A stretch of 64,000 nt of DNA from a virus (taxonomy: Duplodnaviria > Caudoviricetes): the IMG/VR virus record IMGVR_UViG_2840619991_000006, positions 1-64,000 of that record, one strand, 5' to 3'. Shown piece by piece: positions 50,268 to 61,084 of this stretch. Position numbers and translations under genes: made by a program. The notes under the pieces were generated by a model that saw only the letters and a program-made list of their open reading frames with translations, was not told the origin of the DNA and ran no database searches. Numbering within the stretch: the stretch's first letter is position 1; each line of letters starts with the position of its first letter.

Positions 50268-50973
50268 CCTCTCCCGCCGCACCGTTCTGCGCGCCCTCGT
50301 CGCTGCTCCTGTGGCCGCCGCCTGCACCCCGACCATCGTCTCCGTTACGGAGAGCCGCGTCGCCGGTGTCATCGCCTTGAAGCCGGAGTTCGGCTATGTC
50401 CTGGCAGGTGGCGACTACTGGACCACCGGCTTCACCTCGCGCGCCGAGGCCATTGCTGCGGCCATGGCCGAAGCTGGCGGCAAACCCTTCCAGACGGCTG
50501 AAGTCGCGAACATCCCGATCACCTATCCGGACTTCGCCGAAGCGGCCGACGACTGGCTCCAGAACGAGGGCCATCTCGGTAACTGGCTGATGGACGCGCT
50601 GACCGGGCACAACGCCGATGCCGATTTCGAGGGCGAATTCACCGACGCCTGCGGCCGCGTCAGCCGGGAACCCATCGGCGCGGCTGGCCGGAAGGCGCTG
50701 GGCGAGGCGCTTCGCCGGCACGGCGCCCCTGAGCTGGCGGAGAAGGTCGAAGCCGGGCAGACACCGGACGAGGATTGGGGACTCCCCGACCAGATCCACG
50801 ACGCCATCCGCGCCGACCGCGCGCTGCATTCCGAGATCGAGGCCGCCGTCCGCGCCTGGGTCGATGAGCATGATCTGGACCTGGAAGCGCGCAGCCTGAC
50901 CGTCGAGGCGGTGGAGGACCATCCCGCCACCGCCGGCGCGCAGCACCAGGCGGAGGCTTCCAATGCCCCGTGA
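50260..50973 (+). CDS. acidic protein with Tat-like N-terminus
   Basis: LSRRTVL...VAAAC. Confidence 0.55.
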   Translation: MHNLSRRTVLRALVAAPVAAACTPTIVSVTESRVAGVIALKPEFGYVLAGGDYWTTGFTSRAEAIAAAMAEAGGKPFQTAEVANIPITYPDFAEAADDWLQNEGHLGNWLMDALTGHNADADFEGEFTDACGRVSREPIGAAGRKALGEALRRHGAPELAEKVEAGQTPDEDWGLPDQIHDAIRADRALHSEIEAAVRAWVDEHDLDLEARSLTVEAVEDHPATAGAQHQAEASNAP

Positions 50974-51715
50974 CCTCCCCGTCATCCTCCAGGACCATGA
51001 GGTCCGCGCCCTGCTGGATGGTCGGAAAACGCAGCATCGATTCCCCATCACCAGCATGCGGGTGGCACGAACTCCCGAGACGCGCCCCTACACCCTGCGC
51101 GGCGAGCATCTGGTGAAGGCGCTCGACCAAGCCGACGGCTTCCGCTGCGTCCACGAAGACATCTGGACCTGGACGGCATCGGCGTTCGAACACCAGCAGC
51201 CGGCCGCCCGCACGATGTGGCTCGCGCATCTGGGATACAGCGCCGGACAGCGGCTGTGGGTGCGGGAATGCTGGTCCGATCAGGACTGCTGCAAGGGCGA
51301 AGCCATGTACCGGGCAACAGCGTGCCGGGACGGCCTGCTGCTGGACGAGAAAGCTGAAACCCACTGGCGGTCCTCCACCCACATGCCACGCTGGGCCAAC
51401 CGGATCACGCTGGTGGTGGAGGGGGTGAAGGTCGAGCGGCTCCAGGCCATCAGCGACGAAGACGTTGAGGCCGAAGGTGCCTGCAATGGGTTGCACGATT
51501 GGGATTGTCGACATCCCTACTTCCCAGACCCCGCCGGCTACTGCGTCTCCGGATGCGGAAGCTGGTCATATCAGGAGGTGTTCCAACGCCTCTGGGGGTG
51601 TCGGCACGGCGCCAAGCCCGGCCAGCGATGGGAGGACAACCCGCACGTCATCGCCCTGACCTTCCGCGTCCACCGGGCGAACATCGACAAGCTGGAGGTG
51701 GCCCATGCCTCGTGA
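50963..51715 (+). CDS. phage ASCH-like protein
   Basis: VRALLDGRKTQ.R, GQRLWVRE, HMPRWA.RITL; paralog of 19832-20437. Confidence 0.7.
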   Translation: MPRDLPVILQDHEVRALLDGRKTQHRFPITSMRVARTPETRPYTLRGEHLVKALDQADGFRCVHEDIWTWTASAFEHQQPAARTMWLAHLGYSAGQRLWVRECWSDQDCCKGEAMYRATACRDGLLLDEKAETHWRSSTHMPRWANRITLVVEGVKVERLQAISDEDVEAEGACNGLHDWDCRHPYFPDPAGYCVSGCGSWSYQEVFQRLWGCRHGAKPGQRWEDNPHVIALTFRVHRANIDKLEVAHAS

Positions 51716-53021
51716 CGGCTATTCCCACGATCACTGGAAGAGGGAGCTGGTCCGCCCCTTCTCCCGGCATGAGCAGGGGGTGCTTGCCGACGTCGTGTGC
51801 CGGGAAGAGGCGGATCGGCCGAGCATCGGCGGACACGACGCCGACACCGGGCACCTCCTGACCGAGCGCAAGATGATCGTGCCCAAGGAAATCGACGCCT
51901 ACTTCAGCGTGACCGCGCGGCCGACCGCCTTCGGAAAGCTGGTGGCTCACGCCTATGAGGCGGTGACGCTCTGCCACGCCTACCCGCTCGACCATGAACC
52001 GCCGACCCTGTTCAAGATGGACTGCCCGGAGTGCAACGGCACCGGCGCAGAGAAGCCGGATTGCTGGCTGTGCAAGGGCGACCGCCGGATCAAGGCGACT
52101 GTCGCTTACCGGCATGGCTACAAGAAAGCCGACCTGGAGGATTTGGAGGACGACGGCTGGTGCGACTGCCCGGCCTGCCACGGCGAATCCTGCCGGACCT
52201 GTGAAGGCAACGGAACCGTCTACGCCGACTATCTCAGGCGGGAAGCGCTACGCGTCCTGCTGAGTGAGAACGCCAGCCACACCGGGCCGTTCCCGGAGAT
52301 GCGCTGGTCCGGCGAGCGATGGTGCCCAGGCTTTATCAACGAGGACGCCCTGCTCAGCCAAGCCGCCTTGGACTGGCTGCGCCTCATGAACTGGAGCAGC
52401 GGTCTCTACAGCGACATGTTCTCCCAATGGTTCTATCTGGACGCCGAGGCAAAGGACGTCGCTGCCGCGGTGCTGAAGCCGACCGAAACCGCCGATCTCG
52501 TCCGCATGTGGCTGGCCGGCGAGCCTTGGAAACCTGCAAAGCGGTCCGGCCAGTTCTACGAGCACGAGCGGGAGAAGTTCGAGGAGGCCGCCGCCTTCCA
52601 CCGGTGCCGGTTCCGGGGCTGGATCGCACACGACTATCGCAGCGGGAACTACTTCTGGACCGAGGACGGCAGGGAAGCTATCGCGGGGTGGGACGGTGCC
52701 GAAATCCGCCTCTCACGTCCTCGGATTGAGGAGCCGACACGGGACCTTCGGGCCATGGAACGGATGTCCCGCGCCCGCCGGGGTGTGTGGAAGGCCGAAG
52801 CAGCGGTGATCCGGAGCGCTGACCGGATTGAGGCAGCGCAAGCCCGGCTCGATGCCGCCATGGACCGCGGCGACAACGACGAGGCGGCTCGGTGGCGCCG
52901 GCGGGTGGACGCCGAGGTGGGCAGCCTCTTCAGCGGCTACGCCGTAGAATCTCGGTGGCTCGACCGGCAGCGGCAGGAACTCGCTTGGGCGCTTGCCGCG
53001 GCGGAGGGACGTCATGGCTGA
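51705..53021 (+). CDS. hypothetical protein with DnaJ-type zinc-finger repeats
   Basis: CPECNGTG, CWLCKG, CPACHG, CRTCEGNG. Confidence 0.65.
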   Translation: MPRDGYSHDHWKRELVRPFSRHEQGVLADVVCREEADRPSIGGHDADTGHLLTERKMIVPKEIDAYFSVTARPTAFGKLVAHAYEAVTLCHAYPLDHEPPTLFKMDCPECNGTGAEKPDCWLCKGDRRIKATVAYRHGYKKADLEDLEDDGWCDCPACHGESCRTCEGNGTVYADYLRREALRVLLSENASHTGPFPEMRWSGERWCPGFINEDALLSQAALDWLRLMNWSSGLYSDMFSQWFYLDAEAKDVAAAVLKPTETADLVRMWLAGEPWKPAKRSGQFYEHEREKFEEAAAFHRCRFRGWIAHDYRSGNYFWTEDGREAIAGWDGAEIRLSRPRIEEPTRDLRAMERMSRARRGVWKAEAAVIRSADRIEAAQARLDAAMDRGDNDEAARWRRRVDAEVGSLFSGYAVESRWLDRQRQELAWALAAAEGRHG

Positions 53022-56000
53022 GCCAGCAACCCCCACCCACGTCATCCTGCCAGCGGCATCGCTCTGGACAATCCTTCACCACGCCGAAAAGGAGCATGAA
53101 CGGCTCTCGACTTGGCTGGAGCTGGGCGCCCATCCGTCGTTCGGTCAGGATGCCACGGATCTGGCCACCGCGATCACGCTGGCCGTCCGGACGCTCACCC
53201 ATGGGCCGGGCGGTTCCTCCATCGCCCTGCCCGTCCTGACCGCCGCCACGCTGCGCTACTACGCGACGCGCGAAATCGCCCGGCTCGTCGGCATGGGGGC
53301 TTGGTTCGCCGACGCCGACCTCGACCGACAGGCTGCCGAACTGAAGGAGGCCCTGGGCAAGATCCCCTACACGCTTCGGAAGGAGGAGGCCCCGGTGGTC
53401 CCCCCCTCTGCGGCCATACACACCGCTGCATCGCGAGGGGAGGCCGCCCATGGGTGAGATCGCCGACATGATGCTGGACGGCACCCTGTGCGAAGGATGC
53501 GGCGAGTTGATCGACGACGGCGACGGTGACGGCTTCCCGCGCCGCTGCGCCGACTGCGGTGGTGGTGCCGATCGTCCCCACCGGCGCCGGTCGGAACGGG
53601 CTTCCCCGGGTGATGGCCGCGACGTCCTCGACCGCGCCGCCCGTGCCTATCTCTCCACCATCGCCGCCACCAGCGACGGCCTGAAGGTCCGGTCCTCTGC
53701 CTGGAACGACCCCCGGTTCCAGGCCTGCCAGGAGGCCGGATACGTCAGCTACCAGAAGATCAGCAACCGCTCCCGCGTGATCCGCGTGACGCCCGAAGGC
53801 GTCGCCTATCTGGCCGCAACGCGGCGCACCCGCTCCAGGAGTCTGGCCCATGCCTGAACCGGTTCTCGCCCTGCCCTACTGCGGCCCCTCTCACCACCTG
53901 GACGTTCTGGAACGCCTCGTGACGCGGCAGACCTGCCTCATGGGCTGGTCCTGGCCGGACCTGCCGAACGATCACCGCAACGCGCTCCTCGAGGAAGCCA
54001 ATCATCTCCTGACCCACGCTCTCCGGGAGCTTAACCGCGACCTGCTGGTCGCCGAACTGAAGATATTCGGCTTCGACAACGTTGCCTCGATCCCCGAGTT
54101 GAACAGCGTTGAACACTGGATCGGCACTCTCCTGGAAATGGCCCGCGAACAGGCGTTCAAGCTGTCCAGCTACCAACGCAAAATCGAGGGGAGATAGCGC
54201 CGGTGACCGACGCTGCCGCCCTGCCCCGCCGCGCGATCTCCGCCATTCCCACCATGCCGAACCGGGCGGCTCGCGCCTCCGTGGCTATGGAGTGCCGGCT
54301 CGCGCCTGAAGGCATCCGCCAGAACGGCGACGGCGGTTTCCGCGTGGCGCTCGACTTCCACCCGCTCGACCGGCCCGACCTGTTCTTGAACGCTTCCGCT
54401 GGCGCCTCGTTCATGCTGGTCGCCGTTGAGCTGGATGACGACGGCGAACCCAAGCCGCCGGTCTTCATCGGGCGGCCCGGCCAGAACTGGGACGAGATGA
54501 AGCCCGCGGCGCAGGCCGCTATGCGGTGCCGCGACGCTGAATTTCGCCGCTTTCTCACCCGCTGGGCCGGTGAGCCCATCGAGACGGTCGAGGATGCCTC
54601 CGATGCCGTCTGCCTGCACTGCGGTGTCAATCGCAAGCGCCAGATCACACCCCGCTCACAGGCCGCCAGCCTGTGGGCCGAACTCGATTCCACCTTCCGA
54701 TATTGGCAACTCCGAGGAGACCTGCCGTGATTGTTTCGAATGTACCGAACTGCGCGAAGAACCCCGAACTGACGGCGCTCAAGAAAGCCTTGGTCGAGGT
54801 GCGCAGCGCCCATTTCACGGGGCTGAAACTGTCCAGGATCGTCGCCTATGCCTTGGGCGACGGAGATGCCACCAGCCGCAGCACCTTTGAAAGCTATGGG
54901 CCCAGCATGACCAAGCCCGGCGAGAGGAAGCCGGTGTCGGGATGGCTTCCCAGCGCACAGTATGCGGAGCGAGTCGACGATGCGTCCGCGGCCCTGCCGA
55001 AGCCGAAGACCAAGGAGGCCCCCGCTTCCGAGCGCTGGGCCATCATGAGCGGTGTCCGGCCCGATGGCCGGGCGTTCGCCAAGGCCTGGAAGGAAGGCGC
55101 CGACGCCGTGACGATCAACGTCACCAAGGCCCACAACGAGGTGCACGCCCGGCTGGACGCCGCGCTCCAGGCGCAGATTTGGGAGCTGGAGCGGCGCGCC
55201 GCGGCACAGGAGGCGACATGCGCCGCATAGCCGAGGCCGGCGAGCCGGGCAGGGCGGCGATGGGGCAGGCGCCCTGCCCACCCGTTTCGGCCGCAGTGCA
55301 TAACCCCGCCCTGATCCCGCGCCGCCTCACCCTCTTCGAGCGCCTCTACGCTCACCGGGACATCCCCGGCCAAACCGAAATCATCCCGCCCTTCCTGGAG
55401 CACTGAAATGCGCTTCCCGATCCTTTCGGCCCGCCCGGTGACGGCGGGCAACACCCGAGCTTTGCCCTTGATGGCCGACATGCTGCGCCAGCAGGCGGAC
55501 CTTCTCGACCAGGATGGCGACAGCCGGACCGCCAATGCCGCCCGTGCCCGCGCCGGTCGACTCACGCTTGAGGCGGCGGAGGCCAGCATCCGCTCCGGCG
55601 CCGCCGTCATCGGGAGCGCCGGCCATGCGTGACGCCCTCGCTTGCCTGCCTCGCCTCCTGATCGGCTGGCCCCTGTTCGCCATTGGGTATGTCGCCTGCT
55701 GGCTCTCCCACCCCGTCAAGGCGGGCTATCGCTCCGCCGAATCCCACATCGCCGGCGCCGACGCTGACCGCGCGAACCGGCTGGTCACCATCTCCGGAGA
55801 AATCGTCCCATGAGCCACCCGGCCCGCACCCTTCCGCCGCTTGCCTCCCCCGGCATCACGGCGCCGCCGCCGGTCCACATCGAGATCGCGCCGGAAGAAA
55901 TCGCCAGCGTGACCGTCTCGGATGCGCTGTCCGCCCTCGACCTCGTCATCCATGAGGCCCGCGTCGTCGTCAGCAACCCGACCCGCTACGAGGGAAGTGC

Positions 56001-56091
56001 CGAGCGGCAGCAGCGCCTTCACCAGCAGGATCGCCGCCATCTGGTTCGGCTTCTGGCCGTGCGCGACCTCATAGCCGGGCAGGGGGCGTGA
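53014..56091 (+). other. run of coupled hypothetical phage genes (53014, 53450, 53850, 54203, 54727, 55218, 55408, 55625, 55810)
   Basis: Overlapping starts/stops and RBSs; MGEIADMMLDGTLCEGCG is a common phage N-terminus. Confidence 0.55.
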
Positions 56092-56094
56092 ACG

Positions 56095-58311
56095 ATGCTG
56101 ACCGAATATAGGGAAGTCCGCCATTTCCACGTCTGCGGCGGCATCGGCGGGGGCGTGAAGGGCTTCAACCGAGGCACCGCCCGCGTCGGCAACATGGAGG
56201 CTGTCTTCCGCTGCGTTGGCTCGGTGGACGTCGATCCCGTCGCCACGGCCTCGCTGGAAAGGGTGACCGGCGTGAAGGGCACCGTGCTGGACCTGTTCGA
56301 CCGGCGTCAGTACATCGCCTTCCATGGGAAGGAGCCGCCGGCGGATTGGCGCCCGGCAACGGCGGAGGATTTCCGCCGCGCCGCCGGCAACGAGCGCCCG
56401 CACATCGTCTTCATGTCCACCCCCTGCAAGGGGAACAGCGGTCTCATCTCCACCAAGACGGCGCAGGCGCCGAAGTACATCGCGCTCAACGAGCTGGCGC
56501 TGCGGGCTGTCTTCCTGACGTTGGAAGCTTGGGGCGACGATCCGAACGAACTGATCCTGTTCGAGAACGTGCCCCGCATCGCCCAACGCAGCCGCGGGCT
56601 GCTCGACAAGATCATCAAGATGCTGCACCGCTACGGCTATGCCGTCGCCGAGACCGCCCACGACTGCGGCGAAATCGGCGGGCTGGCGCAGAGCCGCAAG
56701 CGGTTCCTCATGGTGGCCCGCCACATGGCGAAGGTGCCGCCGTTCCTCTACGAACCGCCGAAGCGCCGCCTGCGCGGGGTCGGCGAGGTGCTGGAGCGCC
56801 TGCCCCTGCCCGGCGATCCGCTGGCCGGGCCGATGCATCGGGTGCCGTCCCTGCATTGGAAGACGTGGGTGCGGCTGGCCTTCGTGGAAGCCGGTTCGGA
56901 CTGGCGGTCGCTGAACCGGCTGCGCGTCGAGGACGGCGTGCTGGCCGACTATGGGATCGTGCCCGCGGGCCGGTGGCGGGACGACATCCTCGGCGTGCTG
57001 CCGTGGCATGGGACTGCACCGACCATCACCGGGAATGCCGGCCCGACCACCGGGCGGTTCAGCGTGGCCGATCCGCGCGCCACCAGCACCCGCGAAGGCA
57101 CCGGCTATCTCGGGGTGCAGGATTGGGCGCGCCCGTCCGGCACTGTCACCGGCAATGCACGCCCCGGGGCGGGAGCCTTCAGCGTGGCGGACCCACGGCA
57201 TCCCGAAGGCGCCGACCAGTACGGCCAATACGGCGTTCGCACCTGGGACCAGCCGACCGGCGCCATCATCAACGTGAAGTCACCTGGGCAGGGGCCGCAT
57301 TCCGTCGCCGATCCGCGCTACGACGAGCGGGGGCGGTTCAACAACGTCTACCGCGTCGTCCGGTTCGACGAACCCTGCGCAACGATCACCGCCGGGCAGG
57401 GGCCGACCTCCGGCGGCATGGCGGTTGCCGACCCCCGCGCGCCCGTTGGGAGCCACACCAGCAAGTATCGGGTGACCGGCTTCGATGAACACGCCGGGAC
57501 TGTGATCGCGGCCAGCACCACCGGCCAGGGAGCCTTTTCTGTTGCCGACCCACGGTGCCAGTGGAACCCGAACGCCCACACCAGCAAGCTCCGGGTGATC
57601 CCCTACGGCGACCCGTCCTCAACCATCACCGGGAGCGCGTCATCCTCCCACGGCTTCACGTCGGGCGCCCTGTCGGTGGCGGACCCACGTTGCTCGACCG
57701 ACCGCCGGAACGGAGCGCTGGGGGTGCGGACCTGGGACGAGGCCGCCGGTGCCGTGGCGGGCGAGTCCCTGCCACCCAACGGGGCCTTCTCGGTCGCCGA
57801 TCCCCGGCCGGACTGCTTCCGGGATGGGAAGGAGGCCTACACGACGGGCGGGCATTACGGCGTGCTGGGATGGGATGAAACCAGCGGAGCCGTGACAGGC
57901 CACCCGAAGAACAACAACGGCCGTTGGTCCGTTGCGGACCCGCGGGAAGCCGCTGGGGAGCCGGTCATCGGTCTGCCTGCCCCGGACCAGAAGATGGTGG
58001 CGGTCATCCAGGCCACCGACGGGACGTGGCATCGCCCGTTCACGACGCTGGAACTGGCAGCGCTCCAGAGCCTCGTGGATCTCGACAACCCCTGCCTGAC
58101 GCTCGCCGGCAGCAGCGATGCGGCTTGGCGCGAGCACATCGGGAACATGGTCCCGCCCGATGCCGCCGCGGCCATGGCGTCGGTGATGGGGCGCACGCTT
58201 CTGCTCGCCTGGTCTGGTGAGAGCTTCATGCTCAGTAGCGACCCGATCTGGGTCCAGCCGCTGACCATCGCGCTTGCCGTCGACACCAGCAGCCAGATCG
58301 CGGCGGAGTGA
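56095..58311 (+). CDS. DNA cytosine-5 methyltransferase with 8 internal VADPR repeats
   Basis: GGIGGG (I), TPCKG (IV), FENVP (VI), QSRKR (VIII), TTLELAALQ (IX), IGNMVPP (X). Confidence 0.88.
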   Translation: MLTEYREVRHFHVCGGIGGGVKGFNRGTARVGNMEAVFRCVGSVDVDPVATASLERVTGVKGTVLDLFDRRQYIAFHGKEPPADWRPATAEDFRRAAGNERPHIVFMSTPCKGNSGLISTKTAQAPKYIALNELALRAVFLTLEAWGDDPNELILFENVPRIAQRSRGLLDKIIKMLHRYGYAVAETAHDCGEIGGLAQSRKRFLMVARHMAKVPPFLYEPPKRRLRGVGEVLERLPLPGDPLAGPMHRVPSLHWKTWVRLAFVEAGSDWRSLNRLRVEDGVLADYGIVPAGRWRDDILGVLPWHGTAPTITGNAGPTTGRFSVADPRATSTREGTGYLGVQDWARPSGTVTGNARPGAGAFSVADPRHPEGADQYGQYGVRTWDQPTGAIINVKSPGQGPHSVADPRYDERGRFNNVYRVVRFDEPCATITAGQGPTSGGMAVADPRAPVGSHTSKYRVTGFDEHAGTVIAASTTGQGAFSVADPRCQWNPNAHTSKLRVIPYGDPSSTITGSASSSHGFTSGALSVADPRCSTDRRNGALGVRTWDEAAGAVAGESLPPNGAFSVADPRPDCFRDGKEAYTTGGHYGVLGWDETSGAVTGHPKNNNGRWSVADPREAAGEPVIGLPAPDQKMVAVIQATDGTWHRPFTTLELAALQSLVDLDNPCLTLAGSSDAAWREHIGNMVPPDAAAAMASVMGRTLLLAWSGESFMLSSDPIWVQPLTIALAVDTSSQIAAE

Positions 58312-58317
58312 CCGGCC

Positions 58318-58677
58318 ATGCATTCGACCGATCCCTTCATCCTCTCTGACGGCACTGAGCTTCCCGCTCCCACATCAACACGCCATGGCCGGAGCTGGGC
58401 ATGGGCTGGTGGCGGCTACGGCTCGTGCTCGATCACCGAACACCGGCATGGCCAGGCCCTGCTGCGGCTGGTCGCCAGCCTGCGCGATCCGCCCGACCAC
58501 CCGGCCGAGCCGGGTTCCTACGACGAAGATGCTCGGCGGGGGAGGGCGGCCGACTTCCTCGGCCGTCTCATTGCCCATCGCATGGCCGAGGGCTGGCGGC
58601 TCATCTCCGCCGATGCGCTATCTGCCACGCTGGTGGCGAGCATGGCACGGCCTTCAGGCCAGGGGAGGGCAGAGTGA
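58318..58677 (+). CDS. hypothetical protein
   Basis: Operon continuation. Confidence 0.45.
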   Translation: MHSTDPFILSDGTELPAPTSTRHGRSWAWAGGGYGSCSITEHRHGQALLRLVASLRDPPDHPAEPGSYDEDARRGRAADFLGRLIAHRMAEGWRLISADALSATLVASMARPSGQGRAE

Positions 58678-58991
58678 GCCGGTCCGTGACAGTCACCAAC
58701 ATCGGCGCCGCTCCCAGCGGCGCTACCATCCCGCCGCCGTATCACTACCAGCGGCTCGACGCCTACCAGAGCCGTTTTGCCGAGATCGAAGAGGATTTCC
58801 GGGCCGGACGCATCACCCCACAGGAGAGGCGGACCAGGATGGAGCAGGCCCGCGATCAATCCGGCATCACCAACGCGGCGCCACCAACCGAATACCGGGT
58901 GCCGAAGGCGGCCCACATGACGGAGCTGGAATACTGCAACAAGCGGCGAAACGTCGATCTGCGATCCCGCTCCCGCCGGCAGGCTGCATGA
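58674..58991 (+). CDS. hypothetical protein
   Basis: GTGA overlap, GGAGG RBS. Confidence 0.45.
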   Translation: MSRSVTVTNIGAAPSGATIPPPYHYQRLDAYQSRFAEIEEDFRAGRITPQERRTRMEQARDQSGITNAAPPTEYRVPKAAHMTELEYCNKRRNVDLRSRSRRQAA

Positions 58992-59023
58992 GCCCACCAC
59001 CCAACTCGAAGGAATCGGCCGAC

Positions 59024-59671
59024 ATGACCATCAGCAGCCTGCGCACCCCAGAGTTCATCACCTTCACCGGCCTGGACGCCAGAACGGACCTTGCTCGCGC
59101 GCTCCACATCGCCACGGTTTACCCCGTGGAGTTCGGCGTGCTGTTCAGTGGGACCCGGCAGGGCAGGGAGCCTCGGTATCCTGATCGGAAGACGATCACG
59201 CACATCGCATGCGCAGGACTCCCTCGGCTCGCTGCGCACGTCTGTGGTGGGTATGCTTGGCGGATCAACACCAACACTCCGACCGGACTCAATCTGACCC
59301 CGTTCCGGCGGGTGCAGGTCAACCACCCGTCACCAGACGCTGGGGCGATTGCCCGCGAGATGGAAGAGTGGGGTAGGCCGCGAGGCGTCGCCCAGACTCG
59401 TGACCTGGAGTTCCCAGCCAGCACGATGGTCGACTGGCTGTTCGACCGCTCGGCCGGGGAGGGGAAGGCGCCGGAAGAATGGCCGCAGCACCCCGGCGGC
59501 GACCGGCTGGTCGGCTATGCCGGCGGGATCGGCCCCGGCAACGTGGGCGATGTGCTGAGGAAGATCGCCGCCACGGGGCCGTACTGGATTGACATGGAAA
59601 GCGGGGTCCGCACCGACGACTGGCTGGACCTGGACAAAGTCGAGGCGGTGTGTCGGGCGTTTTACCGGTAG
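59024..59671 (+). CDS. TrpF/PRAI-like TIM-barrel protein
   Basis: RVQVN, LFD.S.G.G, GYAGGIGP.NV, WIDMESGVR. Confidence 0.65.
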   Translation: MTISSLRTPEFITFTGLDARTDLARALHIATVYPVEFGVLFSGTRQGREPRYPDRKTITHIACAGLPRLAAHVCGGYAWRINTNTPTGLNLTPFRRVQVNHPSPDAGAIAREMEEWGRPRGVAQTRDLEFPASTMVDWLFDRSAGEGKAPEEWPQHPGGDRLVGYAGGIGPGNVGDVLRKIAATGPYWIDMESGVRTDDWLDLDKVEAVCRAFYR

Positions 59672-59689
59672 GGCAGGGCGGAAAGGGGA

Positions 59690-59727
59690 GGGGCTGGAGC
59701 ATCACCGGTTGGATGCGCTCCAGCCCC
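59690..59727. terminator. hairpin between convergent genes
   Basis: GGGGCTGGAGC...GCTCCAGCCCC, 11-bp stem. Confidence 0.6.
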
Positions 59728-59736
59728 ACGGCTCCG

Positions 59737-59778
59737 GTTTAATCGATTAAACTCCGGCCCGGTTTAATTGATTAAACC
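59737..59778. repeat. tandem palindromes, candidate centromere (parS-like)
   Basis: GTTTAATCGATTAAAC 59737-59752 and GGTTTAATTGATTAAACC 59761-59778 at the end of the par operon. Confidence 0.55.
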
Positions 59779-60447
59779 AGCAAGCTCATCGTCGATTTTC
59801 TGGATCTCCAGAAGCAGCTTCGCGCGTCGCGCTTCCAGTTCCGCACGGCGCGTGGCATTCGACGGCGCTGGACCGCGCAAGGCCTTCCAGAACTGCCGAA
59901 CCTCGGACTGCCGAACGTCCGGGCGCAGCAGACCGCGCTCGGCCGCCTGCCGGCGTTCTTCATCTGATAGCCGGGCCAGCATGTAGACCGTGCCGTAACC
60001 TGCCGCAGCCACCTCCACCGGCACCACGTTGTCGCGGATCGCGCGATAGGCGCTCATGAGCTGGGAACGGGCCGACTTCCCGAAGCGACGGTTCAGTCCA
60101 TCGTACAGCGCCGCCCGGTCCTCCTCGCTCAGTCGGGTTTCTGCGATGGACAGCAGCTCTCCGATCCGAAGGAACCGCTGCTGAGCGTCTTCCCACAGTT
60201 CCGAGATCCGGTTGATGAACTCGTCAACGGTCTGCGGAATCCGTCCCTCCGGAAGGGGAGGGAACACGTCGCCGTCCAACGCTTCGACCATCGGCGGGGG
60301 AGGGGGCTCGACCGGCGCGGCGACGGTGTTCATCACCGTTGTCAGGTAGGCCGATTGAGCCAGGGAGGGCGGGGCCTCCTTCGGCTTCCGAGCCCGTGGC
60401 TTCCGCACCACCTCGAAGTCCTTGCCGGCGACCTTCTCTTTAGCCAC
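59764..60447 (-). CDS. ParA-partner protein (non-canonical)
   Basis: Overlaps the parA stop; basic N-terminus, helical core, coiled-coil end. Confidence 0.55.
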   Translation of the reverse strand: MAKEKVAGKDFEVVRKPRARKPKEAPPSLAQSAYLTTVMNTVAAPVEPPPPPMVEALDGDVFPPLPEGRIPQTVDEFINRISELWEDAQQRFLRIGELLSIAETRLSEEDRAALYDGLNRRFGKSARSQLMSAYRAIRDNVVPVEVAAAGYGTVYMLARLSDEERRQAAERGLLRPDVRQSEVRQFWKALRGPAPSNATRRAELEARRAKLLLEIQKIDDELAGLIN

Positions 60448-61084
60448 GGAAGGTCTCCAGCAGGGCGAGGGCCTCGGCGCCGATGGCTTCGATGTCGTCG
60501 GCCATGGCGGAGTAGGGCGCCGGCTTCTGCGCGAAGCTGGCGTGGTTGATCGAAGCCTTCAGCCCGAGATCCGCCTTCAATGTCGGGATCGACAAGCCTT
60601 CGAGTTGCTTCCGGGCGATCTGGTCCACCGAGGCCCGGCGATCAACCTGCGACAGGACGGCGGCCGCGGGGATATGCGCCTTCGGGGAGAACCGCCGTGC
60701 CTTCGTGATCGCGTTCACGACGTGCTGATAGGTGCGGAACGCCTCCACGACATCCTTCGCGTCGGCCTTGGTCGGGATCAGCACCAGCGACGAGATGTCG
60801 ATCGCATTGACCAGCGCCGTGCTGTTGGCGCCGGGGACATCGACCAACACGAAGTCGTGGCTGGCGGAGACCTCATTCGCGACCTGAACCAGATCATCGG
60901 CCTGGACGATCCGGAACTCGACCATCCCGGTTGCGGCGAGCCACCCGCTCAGGTTCTTGTTCGGGTCGGCATCGATGCAGAAGACAGACGCCCCCCGGCG
61001 CTTGAGAAATTCGGCAAGCGCGTTGACAAGCGTGGTCTTGCCGACGCCGCCCTTGCTGCTGCCAACAGTGATGATTCGGCCCAT
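60440..61084 (-). CDS. parA: ParA partition ATPase
   Basis: KGGVGKTT, IDADPN, VDVPG, LVLIP. Confidence 0.92.
   Translation of the reverse strand: MGRIITVGSSKGGVGKTTLVNALAEFLKRRGASVFCIDADPNKNLSGWLAATGMVEFRIVQADDLVQVANEVSASHDFVLVDVPGANSTALVNAIDISSLVLIPTKADAKDVVEAFRTYQHVVNAITKARRFSPKAHIPAAAVLSQVDRRASVDQIARKQLEGLSIPTLKADLGLKASINHASFAQKPAPYSAMADDIEAIGAEALALLETFRG

Noticed and set aside
56960-57950. Diversity-generating retroelement or DNA tandem array
   Set aside because: Repeats are diverged protein-level units, differences are not adenine-specific and no reverse transcriptase is present
59737-59778. Protelomerase (telRL) site of a linear phage-plasmid
   Set aside because: Palindromes are short (16-18 bp) and no protelomerase gene is visible in the window
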